The notes under the pieces are model-generated. The model was not told where the DNA came from and did no database searches. It saw only the letters and a program-made list of their open reading frames with translations. Positions 29,695 through 38,377 of a stretch of 59,018 bases of DNA are shown one piece after another. Source of the stretch: an uncultured Methanosarcinales archaeon (GTDB lineage: Archaea; Nanobdellota; Nanobdellia; Woesearchaeales; DSVV01); the NCBI GenBank assembly GCA_964593285.1, contig CAZQHZ010000007.1:1-59018 (forward strand), in the 5' to 3' direction. Both the position numbers and the translations under genes were made by a program. How positions within the stretch are numbered: position 1 is the first letter of the stretch; each line of letters opens with the position of its first letter.

Positions 29695-31674
29695 ATGGAG
29701 ATAACCCAATACAAGGAACAATTTGTTTCAGAATCAAGAGAACATATAGATTTATTAAATGAATCTATTTTAATTTTAGAAAAAGAACCCCAAAATTTAG
29801 ATGTAATTAATAAATTATTTCGTTCATTTCATACATTAAAAGGAAATTCTGCAACAATGGGTTATAACAAATTTTCTGAATTATCTCATCATTTAGAAGA
29901 TATTTTAGATAAAGCACGTTCAAAACAAATTGTTTTAAATTCAGATTTAATAGATGTTTTATTTAAAGGTATAGATCTTTTAGAAAATGGTCTTGATTTA
30001 ATTTTAGATGATAAATCAGAAGAGTTAGAAATAAAAGAGATTACTTTAGATGTTGAAAATATTATTTCATCCATATCATCAGATGGCGTAGCTTCTGATG
30101 CAAACAAAAAAAAAAATGAAAATAAATTAACAAAAGATGAAATTGAAAAATTAAAAAAATTAGAAAAAGAAAATAAAATTTTTGAAATTATTATTTTTTT
30201 TGATAAAGATAACGCATTAAAAGGTGCTAAATCTTTAATTATTTTACGAGATTTAAATTCTTATTCAACTATTATTAAATCTTTTCCAGCAAAAGATAAA
30301 TTATTATCAAAAGAATTAGATGACGAATTGAAAATAATAATTTCAACTAAAAAAGAAAAAGAGTTTATTGAAAAAAATTTTAAAGAAATTTCTGGAATTT
30401 CATCATATAAAATAAATGATTTTAAATTAAATGAATTTATTAATGAAGAAAACGAAAAAAATAAAGATTTTTTAAAAGAAAACGATAAAGCAAAAATTGC
30501 AAAAATACAGCAAGATGCAATGAATAAACAAATTCAAAGTGTTAAAATTGATATAAAAAGTTTAGATAATTTAATGAATCTTGTTGGAGAACTTCTTATT
30601 AGTAAAATAAGACTTGAACAAATTTCAAAAAATTATGATGATAAAATTCTAAAAGGAATTATTAATAATTTAACAAGATTAACTGTTGATATTCAAGATC
30701 AAGTAATGAAACAGCGAATGATACCTATTGGAAATATTTTTAATAGGTTTCCAAGAATGGTTAGGGATTTAGCAAAAAAAGAAAAAAAAAAAGTTGAATT
30801 AATAATTAAAGGACAAGATATAGAGTTTGATAGAACAATATTAGATGAAATAGGCGATCCATTAGTTCATTTGCTAAGAAATTGTATTGACCATGGTATT
30901 GAAATGCCTGAGGAGAGAGAAAAATTATCTAAAGATGCTCAAGGGACAGTAAAATTAGTAGCAAGGAAAGAACAAAATAATGCAATTATTGAAATTTTTG
31001 ATGATGGACAAGGAATAGATCCAATAAAAGTTAAGGAAAGTTGTATAAAAAAAGGAGTAATTTCAAGAGAAGAAGCTGATTCAATGGATGAAAAAGCCTT
31101 AATTAAATTGATTTTTAGACCAGGAATTAGTACAAACACTGTGATTACTGAAGTTTCAGGCAGAGGTGTTGGTATGGATGTTGTAGAAACAAAGATTAAA
31201 TCACTAGGTGGAAATGTAAAAGTTGATTCTACAGTTGGAAAAGGAACAACAGTTAAAATTCAGTTACCTCTAACACTTGCAATTATTAATTCTCTTTTAG
31301 TTCAAGTTGATAATCAAAGATATGCAATTCCATTATCTGGAATTAATAGAACAGTTAAATTAAAACATGAATCAATTAAAACAATACAAGGTAATGAAAT
31401 TTTTTTATTAATGAATAAAGATGTACCTTTAGTTTGGCTTTCAAAAATATTACATGGTAGTAAGCAAAAAAAAACAGATACATATACTGTTGTGGTTGTT
31501 GAAAAAGATGATTCTAAAATTGGTTTAGTTGTTGATTCTATTTTATCACAGCAACAAATTTTAATAAAAAGTTTAGATGATATAATTAAAGGAATAAATG
31601 GCCTTGGTGGTGCAACTATATTAGGTGATGGAAAAGTTGCAGTTATTTTAGATGTTGGAACACTTTTTGATTAA
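29695..31674 (+). CDS. cheA: Chemotaxis histidine kinase CheA
   Basis: FRSFHTLKG (P1), P2, LDNLMNLVGEL, HLLRNCIDHG, DDGQG, SGRGVGMDVV, C-terminal CheW domain. Confidence 0.97.
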   Translation: MEITQYKEQFVSESREHIDLLNESILILEKEPQNLDVINKLFRSFHTLKGNSATMGYNKFSELSHHLEDILDKARSKQIVLNSDLIDVLFKGIDLLENGLDLILDDKSEELEIKEITLDVENIISSISSDGVASDANKKKNENKLTKDEIEKLKKLEKENKIFEIIIFFDKDNALKGAKSLIILRDLNSYSTIIKSFPAKDKLLSKELDDELKIIISTKKEKEFIEKNFKEISGISSYKINDFKLNEFINEENEKNKDFLKENDKAKIAKIQQDAMNKQIQSVKIDIKSLDNLMNLVGELLISKIRLEQISKNYDDKILKGIINNLTRLTVDIQDQVMKQRMIPIGNIFNRFPRMVRDLAKKEKKKVELIIKGQDIEFDRTILDEIGDPLVHLLRNCIDHGIEMPEEREKLSKDAQGTVKLVARKEQNNAIIEIFDDGQGIDPIKVKESCIKKGVISREEADSMDEKALIKLIFRPGISTNTVITEVSGRGVGMDVVETKIKSLGGNVKVDSTVGKGTTVKIQLPLTLAIINSLLVQVDNQRYAIPLSGINRTVKLKHESIKTIQGNEIFLLMNKDVPLVWLSKILHGSKQKKTDTYTVVVVEKDDSKIGLVVDSILSQQQILIKSLDDIIKGINGLGGATILGDGKVAVILDVGTLFD

Positions 31675-31691
31675 ACATGTGAGGGATTAAA

Positions 31692-32360
31692 ATGATAAAA
31701 AAAACTAATAAAAAAATTATAAAGAAAAGTAAAAAAACTACAAATAAATTATCAAATTTACAAATTGATGCTTTAAGAGAGATTAGTAGTATCACTTCAG
31801 GTAATGCAACAAGTGCATTAGCAAAATTAATTAATAAAAGAGTAAAAATAAATATTCCAAAAGCAGAATTTTTAACAATAAAGGAATTAACTAATGAACT
31901 TGGTGGAAAAGATAAGATGGTTATGTCAATTTATGTAACCGTTTTAAGTGAAGTTACAGGGCAAGCAATTTTTTTATTTTCAAGAAAATCAGCTTTAAAA
32001 ATGATTGATTTAGTTTTAAAAAAAGATATAGGAAAAACTAAAGTTTTAGATCATTTATCAGAATCTGCTTTTGGTGAGATGGCTAATATTTTTGTTGGAA
32101 CATATCTTAATGCATTATCAAACATGTTTAAATTAACAATCCTTCCAGGAATTCCTGTTGTTGCAAATGATTACGTAGGACCTATATTAGAATATGTAAT
32201 GGGACGAATTACAAACCCTGAAAAAAAAACATTATGTTTTGAAACAAAAATCAATATTGATGGAAATGATGTTTCAGGAGATTTTATTTTTATGTTTGAT
32301 GAAAAATCATATAGTTTAATTTTAAAAAAATTAAAAGATAATTATGATATTACTTTTTAA
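31692..32360 (+). CDS. cheC: CheC family phosphatase (first active-site Asn replaced by Ser)
   Basis: DALREISSI..GNA and SAFGEMANI..P motifs. Confidence 0.9.
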   Translation: MIKKTNKKIIKKSKKTTNKLSNLQIDALREISSITSGNATSALAKLINKRVKINIPKAEFLTIKELTNELGGKDKMVMSIYVTVLSEVTGQAIFLFSRKSALKMIDLVLKKDIGKTKVLDHLSESAFGEMANIFVGTYLNALSNMFKLTILPGIPVVANDYVGPILEYVMGRITNPEKKTLCFETKINIDGNDVSGDFIFMFDEKSYSLILKKLKDNYDITF

Positions 32361-32511
32361 TTTAGTATATATAAAAAAAAATTGCTATCATAAAAATTGT
32401 TTATTTATAAATTAAGAAGGGAAAAAAATATAAATAGAAGTATAAAAAAGATATAAATATATAATTTATAATTTATGTTAGATTAATTAAAAAATAAAAA
32501 GGTTTTATAAA

Positions 32512-33147
32512 ATGGAAGAACATTATTCTTTATCAACTGATGAATTAGAAGCATTAAAGGAACTTGGAAATATAGGTATTGGAAATGCAGCAATTGCGTT
32601 GTCAAAAATTTTAGATAAAAAAGTTAATATGAGTATTCCTGATACTTCATTTATACCAATTACCACTTTTTCGGATCATTTTGGTGGACCAGATTCAATT
32701 GTAATGACAATTTTTTCACCAATTTTAGGAGAATTATCAGGTGAAACATTATTTATTTTTTCACAACAATCAGGGAAAGGTTTAGTTGATTTAATGATGG
32801 GAAATGAACCAGGTAATACTGTAAATGAATTAGATGAAATGGGTGAATCTGCTTTTAAGGAGATGGCTAATATTTTTGTTGGAACATATCTTAATGCAAT
32901 TTCAGATATGATGAATATTAAACTTCTTCCAGGAGTTCCAATTGTTGCAACAGATATGGTTGAATCAATTCTCAACATTTTTTTATTAAAAAATGGTGAA
33001 TATGCTGATAATATTTTATGTAGTAAAGCAAATATAAGTATAGATGGACATAAAGTAGATGGTGATTTCATTTTTTTATTTGATTTAGAATCATTGCAAA
33101 AAATTGTTAAAAAAATAAAAGAATCATATGGTGATTTGGTTAATTAG
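32512..33147 (+). CDS. cheC: CheC phosphatase
   Basis: EALKELGNIG.GNA and SAFKEMANI..P motifs. Confidence 0.93.
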   Translation: MEEHYSLSTDELEALKELGNIGIGNAAIALSKILDKKVNMSIPDTSFIPITTFSDHFGGPDSIVMTIFSPILGELSGETLFIFSQQSGKGLVDLMMGNEPGNTVNELDEMGESAFKEMANIFVGTYLNAISDMMNIKLLPGVPIVATDMVESILNIFLLKNGEYADNILCSKANISIDGHKVDGDFIFLFDLESLQKIVKKIKESYGDLVN

Positions 33148-33992
33148 TGAATATGGATGAAGAAATTGTAATTGGAATGGGTAAACTTGTTGTTGTAAAT
33201 CAACCTGCCATTTTATCAGGTATAGGGCTTGGTTCCTGTGTTGGTTTAATGCTTTATGATAGTGTAAAAAAAGTTAGCGGAATGGCACATATAATGCTTC
33301 CAGATAGTCAAAAAGCAAAATTTTTAGAAACAAAACATACTTCAATTATTGCTGATGATGAAGAATTTACAACTAAAACTTTTAAAAATTCACTAATCGA
33401 AAAAGAATATGAAATATCTGCAATCACAAATACTGTTGAAGATACTTTATCTAAGTTTAAAGAATTGAGCCCTTTTTTAACATTAATTAGCTCATCTTTT
33501 TCTCAAGATTCATTAAATAAATTACTTGAGGATATTTTTTTAATTAATAAAACTGCTAATGTAGTTATAGCTGAAAAAAATAGTAAAGATTTTTATATTC
33601 CATATTTGGTTAAAGGTGTTATTGATGTAATTACTCCACCAATTTATAAAAAAAAAATTGATTTTTCTCTAGATTTTGTAAATAATCAAAGATATTTTAG
33701 GTTTGCCGATATTGCAATAAATAAAATGCTAGATAAAATGTATTCTTTTGGTTGTAGTAAAGAAAATATTAAAGCAAAAGTAGTTGGTGGTGCTCATATG
33801 TTTTCACATTGCCAGGTAAAAATTAGAAATATTGGTGAAGAAAATTCAAAAAAAGTAATTGAAATTTTAAATGATTTAAAAGTACCAATTGTACAAAAAG
33901 TAGTTGGTGGTGATGTTGGTAGAACCGTTAAATTTAATACGTCTGATTACAGTGTAAAAATAACTTCTAAAGAAGGAGAAATAACTTTATAA
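33147..33992 (+). CDS. cheD: Chemoreceptor glutamine deamidase CheD with inserted degenerate receiver domain
   Basis: GLGSCVG, GMAHIMLP, FAD, AKVVGGAHMF, IGEEN, GG..GRT; about 120-aa insert between LPDS and RFAD. Confidence 0.9.
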   Translation: MNMDEEIVIGMGKLVVVNQPAILSGIGLGSCVGLMLYDSVKKVSGMAHIMLPDSQKAKFLETKHTSIIADDEEFTTKTFKNSLIEKEYEISAITNTVEDTLSKFKELSPFLTLISSSFSQDSLNKLLEDIFLINKTANVVIAEKNSKDFYIPYLVKGVIDVITPPIYKKKIDFSLDFVNNQRYFRFADIAINKMLDKMYSFGCSKENIKAKVVGGAHMFSHCQVKIRNIGEENSKKVIEILNDLKVPIVQKVVGGDVGRTVKFNTSDYSVKITSKEGEITL

Positions 33993-34002
33993 GGGTTTTA
34001 TT

Positions 34003-34857
34003 ATGGTAAATCAGGAAAATTTTATTTCAAATGTTAATATTGTTGATGAAGATAAATGGCTTATTTTAAAAGAAACTATAAAAAAAGAATTAAATTTTCA
34101 AGTAAATAATTATAGAGATAATTATTTAAAAAGGCGTGTTGAATGTAGATTAAGAATTTTAAATTTAAATTCATATATTGATTATGTTAATTTATTAGTA
34201 ACTGATGAAGCAGAAAAAAAAAAATTAAATAAAGAATTAACTATTCATGTAACACATTTTTTTAGAGATAAAAGTCTTTATCAAGAAATTCAAGATTGGA
34301 TAATTCCCCAAATAATTAAAGAAAAACAAGAAAAAAATTTATATAAAATAAGGATTTGGTCAGCTGGTTGTTCTGTTGGTGCAGAACCTTATTCAATAGC
34401 TATTATTTTAAGAGAAGTTTTGGGTAATAGTATTAATAAATTTGAAATTAAAATTGATGCAAGTGATGTTGATCAAGAAACTATAAGTAAAGCAATACTT
34501 GGAATATATGATTTACAATATTTTACTGAAACCTCGCCATTAATACAAACTAAATATTTTCAAAAAATTAATGATGATTTATATTCAGTATTACCTATAG
34601 TGAAATCAATGGTTAATTTTAAAATACAAGATATATTCGATGAATCATCAATAATGAAGTACGATCTTATATTTTGTAGAAACACTGTAATTTATTTTGA
34701 TAAACAGGCAAAAGTTGATTTATATGAAAGCATTTATAGTAAATTAAATAAAGGTGGTTTTTTAGTTTTGGGTAAATCTGAATTTTTAGATAATACCGCA
34801 AGGACAAAATTTATCGTTTATAATAATAATGAAAGAATTTATAGAAAACCTTTTTAA
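34003..34857 (+). CDS. cheR: Chemotaxis methyltransferase CheR
   Basis: TIHVTHFFRD, IWSAGCSVGAEPYS, DLIFCRNTVIYFD, LGKSE. Confidence 0.96.
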   Translation: MVNQENFISNVNIVDEDKWLILKETIKKELNFQVNNYRDNYLKRRVECRLRILNLNSYIDYVNLLVTDEAEKKKLNKELTIHVTHFFRDKSLYQEIQDWIIPQIIKEKQEKNLYKIRIWSAGCSVGAEPYSIAIILREVLGNSINKFEIKIDASDVDQETISKAILGIYDLQYFTETSPLIQTKYFQKINDDLYSVLPIVKSMVNFKIQDIFDESSIMKYDLIFCRNTVIYFDKQAKVDLYESIYSKLNKGGFLVLGKSEFLDNTARTKFIVYNNNERIYRKPF

Positions 34858-35005
34858 TAATTTATAAATTATTATATTATCAATATTAAGTTATAATTTA
34901 TTTTATAAGTTTTTTATTTATTTTATAATGATAACTAAAATATTTATATTAGTAATTAAATAATAATAAAAAGTAAGTAAGAAATACATTTATTTTGATT
35001 TAAAA

Positions 35006-35731
35006 ATGGAATATAAAAATAATAATTCAGATGAATCTTTAGATACTAAAAAAAAATATTCAGAAAGGCAATTAGTTGTTTTTTCTTTAGGAAATGAAGA
35101 ATTTGGTGTTGATATTAATGAAGTAAATAGTATTATTAAATTAGAGCCAATTACTAAAATTCCAAATTCATTTAATTTTATAGAAGGAGTTATAAATCTT
35201 AGAGGAAAAATTGTTGTTATTATTAATTTGGCAAGAAAACTTGGTTTACCAACAAAAGAAAATGATAAAGATACAAGAATAATCATTATTGAAACTAAAG
35301 ATCAAAACAATAAAGAAACAATGATTGGAATGATTGTTGATCACTCAAGAGAAGCAATTAGATTATCTGAAGATCAAATAGAGCCTGCACCACCATTAAT
35401 TACACAAAGAATAAAGATGGATTATTTAGAGGGCGTTGGAATTATTGAAAATCGATTATTAATTTTACTTGACTTAGCAAAAGTTTTATGTGATAATGAA
35501 ATTACTAATGTACAAAATTTATCAAAAATATCAAAAGATAATAATTTAAATATTGAAAATGATAAAAAACAAAATGATATAAATGAATTAGCTAATAAAA
35601 ATGAAAATACTAGTGAAAATAAATTAGAAAAAGATAATAAAGTTAATGAAGAGAATAAAGAAAATAGCGATGTAAAAAAAGATACAAGTACAAAAGTTAA
35701 AGAAAATAATGATGTAAAAAATACAAATTAA
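35006..35731 (+). CDS. cheW: CheW with low-complexity N/K/E/D C-terminal tail
   Basis: QLVVFSLGNEEFGV, EGVINLRGKIV, GMIVD, RLLILLD. Confidence 0.95.
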   Translation: MEYKNNNSDESLDTKKKYSERQLVVFSLGNEEFGVDINEVNSIIKLEPITKIPNSFNFIEGVINLRGKIVVIINLARKLGLPTKENDKDTRIIIIETKDQNNKETMIGMIVDHSREAIRLSEDQIEPAPPLITQRIKMDYLEGVGIIENRLLILLDLAKVLCDNEITNVQNLSKISKDNNLNIENDKKQNDINELANKNENTSENKLEKDNKVNEENKENSDVKKDTSTKVKENNDVKNTN

Positions 35732-35792
35732 AAAATTATTAAATCATAAAAATATTTATTTTATTAAGGATAAACAAAGAGGTGTTTTTTTT

Positions 35793-36194
35793 TTGAAAAT
35801 AAAAAATTGGATGAATAAAAATGTTAAAACAATTACAAAAAATGAAACTATTTTTAAAGCCACAAATATTATGAAAGAATCTTTTGTTGGACAATTAGTT
35901 GTAATTGAAAATTCATTTCCTATTGGTATTTTAACTGAAAGAGATATTTGCTATAAAGTTGTTTCATTAAATTTAGATCCAAAAAAAACACCTGTTGAAA
36001 AAATCATGACAAAAACATTAATTAAAGCACATATAAATGATACTATTTCTGAAATTTCAAGAAGAATGTCTCTTGCAAAAATAAAACAAATTCCAATAAT
36101 TGATGAAAATAATTCTTTAGTTGGAATTATTAGTTCAAGTGATTTAATAAGAATTGTTGCATCATTGCATAGAGATATTGATGGTATTAATTAA
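35793..36194 (+). CDS. CBS-domain pair protein
   Basis: GILTERDI, VEKIMT, LVGIISSSDL; GAGGTG SD before TTG. Confidence 0.9.
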   Translation: MKIKNWMNKNVKTITKNETIFKATNIMKESFVGQLVVIENSFPIGILTERDICYKVVSLNLDPKKTPVEKIMTKTLIKAHINDTISEISRRMSLAKIKQIPIIDENNSLVGIISSSDLIRIVASLHRDIDGIN

Positions 36195-36285
36195 TCTTTA
36201 TTGCTTTAATTTTATCATTAAAATTAATAAATTTATTTTTCATATTTAAATAAATTTAAATATTAACTAATATATATTATTTAGA

Positions 36286-37458
36286 ATGGATAATTTTAAA
36301 ACAATAATAACAGCATTTGCAAAACAAAGCCTTGGAGGGCTTGCAGGTGAATTATTATTAGATGATTATTGTAATAAATTTAATATAAAAAATCTTTCTT
36401 CATTAGATGAAATACAAAAAAAAAAGTTTATTAATGCTTTTATTTATGGTGTATTTCATAAACACATGTCAAAATCTAAAATAGATACTATAAGATTACA
36501 TGTTAATTTACTATTTTGTCTAGACAATGCAACTAAAAAAATATCAACAATGCTCAATAAAGATGTTTTTTTAAATCCATTAGACATGAAATATCAAACA
36601 TTTGAAAATTTTGAAAAAATTATTAATAATTTAGGTGATGGTGTTGTTGTTATTCCTGTCCATGTTACAGGTTATGTTTCTGCAACAATTTTGATTTTTA
36701 TTTATAGGGATAGTGCAATTTTACTTGGAAATATTATGCTAAAATCTATGCTTGGGATAGAAAAATCTGATGATTTTTTTGATGATATGAAACAATCAGC
36801 AATCCAAGAATTTTTTAATATTGTAATTCCAACATTTGCAGATACTATTGCAAATACATTAAATCAAGAAATATTTATTAATTTACCAGAAACAGAAATT
36901 ACAGATGTTCAAAAACAAATTGATTATGCATTTAGTAAATTTAATTTTGATGGTGATGAAAATTATGGTATAAAAAAAATAATGTCAACATCAATTGGTT
37001 TTGTTATTGATAAATCCAATACAATAAATGGAATGTGCTTTTTATTGCTCGAGTCTGAACCTGAAATTATTTATGATTCACTTGGAAAAAGCAATATTAA
37101 AATTGATGATACATTAGAATCTATGAATTTAGAAAAAATTGAACTTTTAAAAGATCCAAATAGATATAAAGTATTACTTGATTTTTTAATTAATTTTATT
37201 CCTGAAAATACAGGTATTATTATTGATAATTTGATGGAAGAATTAGGTATTTCAAGTTTAAATAATGTTTCTGTTGGTATTCGAAGACAATTTGTTAAAA
37301 AATTAATTAATGATTATTTTAGTAGTAATTCTAAAAAAATAGTTGATTTTATTCAAAATAATTGCGAAAAAATATTTAATATTGGAAGTAAAATAAAAGA
37401 AGATGATAATTTAAAGACAACTTCTGGAGTTGAAAATTTAATGAAAAAAAATAAATAA
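36286..37458 (+). CDS. CheC-like domain flanked by two related small helical domains
   Basis: Central NATKKISTML ... SAIQEFFNI..P CheC-like region; N- and C-terminal about 70-aa segments resemble each other. Confidence 0.7.
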   Translation: MDNFKTIITAFAKQSLGGLAGELLLDDYCNKFNIKNLSSLDEIQKKKFINAFIYGVFHKHMSKSKIDTIRLHVNLLFCLDNATKKISTMLNKDVFLNPLDMKYQTFENFEKIINNLGDGVVVIPVHVTGYVSATILIFIYRDSAILLGNIMLKSMLGIEKSDDFFDDMKQSAIQEFFNIVIPTFADTIANTLNQEIFINLPETEITDVQKQIDYAFSKFNFDGDENYGIKKIMSTSIGFVIDKSNTINGMCFLLLESEPEIIYDSLGKSNIKIDDTLESMNLEKIELLKDPNRYKVLLDFLINFIPENTGIIIDNLMEELGISSLNNVSVGIRRQFVKKLINDYFSSNSKKIVDFIQNNCEKIFNIGSKIKEDDNLKTTSGVENLMKKNK

Positions 37459-37459
37459 T

Positions 37460-38299
37460 TTAGTTATTTATTTTATGATACAAATTTTTTAAATATTCTG
37501 ATTTAAATTTAAAATTATTTATTTTTGCAAGTTTTTGTATTGCTCTATCAAATTTTGAGCCATATTGTGCACCTAATTTTTTTCTATAACAAAATTTTTC
37601 ATCTAACCCAATAAAAAATGCAGTTTCTCTTAATATTTTTTTCTCAATATTGTTATCTATTTTATATTTTCCAGGAATTTTTAATGCATAATCCACTAAT
37701 TTTTTATTTAAAAACGGTAGTTTTAATTTTATATTAAAATGATTTGCAATTTTAAAATCTCTAATTAAGTCTCTTTCATAAATTTTATTTAAACCATTTC
37801 TACATTCTTCATTAATATTTTTTGAATTTTTATGTCTTAAATACCCTGCAAATATTTCTTCTGAACCAATCCCTGAAAAAACAATATTTATATTATCTTT
37901 TTTAGCTTCTTCTAATGCCTTATATATAGATAAACCAACCCCTATAGTGATTACATTGTCTGTTTTTAGTAATTTAATTATTTTTTTAATATATTTTTCT
38001 GTTTCTTTAATATTTATAGTTGTTATTTTATGATTAAAATTATAATGTTTTGCAATAATTTTACTATGCATAATATCTCTTGATTCTTCTAAATTTTCAT
38101 CTAAGATTCCTGAAGTATAACAAGAAAAATAAATATTTAATTCTTTTAATATAAAACAAATTAAAGTCGAATCAATCCCACCAGAAAATAAAACTCCTAT
38201 CTTTTGTCTTTTTATATCAATATTTTTAAAATTAATTTCTTCTTTAATACTTTCAAATAATAATTCTTTTAATTTTATTTTAATTTCTTCTTTATTCAT
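37460..38299 (-). CDS. Asparagine synthase C-terminal (synthetase) domain protein without glutaminase domain
   Basis: LFSGGIDS, SGIGSEEIFAGY, RD, LPFL, EKKILR, RKK.GAQYGS. Confidence 0.88.
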   Translation of the reverse strand: MNKEEIKIKLKELLFESIKEEINFKNIDIKRQKIGVLFSGGIDSTLICFILKELNIYFSCYTSGILDENLEESRDIMHSKIIAKHYNFNHKITTINIKETEKYIKKIIKLLKTDNVITIGVGLSIYKALEEAKKDNINIVFSGIGSEEIFAGYLRHKNSKNINEECRNGLNKIYERDLIRDFKIANHFNIKLKLPFLNKKLVDYALKIPGKYKIDNNIEKKILRETAFFIGLDEKFCYRKKLGAQYGSKFDRAIQKLAKINNFKFKSEYLKNLYHKINN

Positions 38300-38315
38300 T
38301 TTTGCTAATAAAAAA
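38278..38315 (+). repeat. 38-bp direct repeat, copy 1 (start of asparagine synthase-like gene)
   Basis: 37/38 identical to 42469-42506. Confidence 0.8.
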
Positions 38316-38377
38316 CATAAATTTTATAAATATTTAAATTTTAAAAAACTTATAAATTAAACTTAAAAGGTTAAAAA

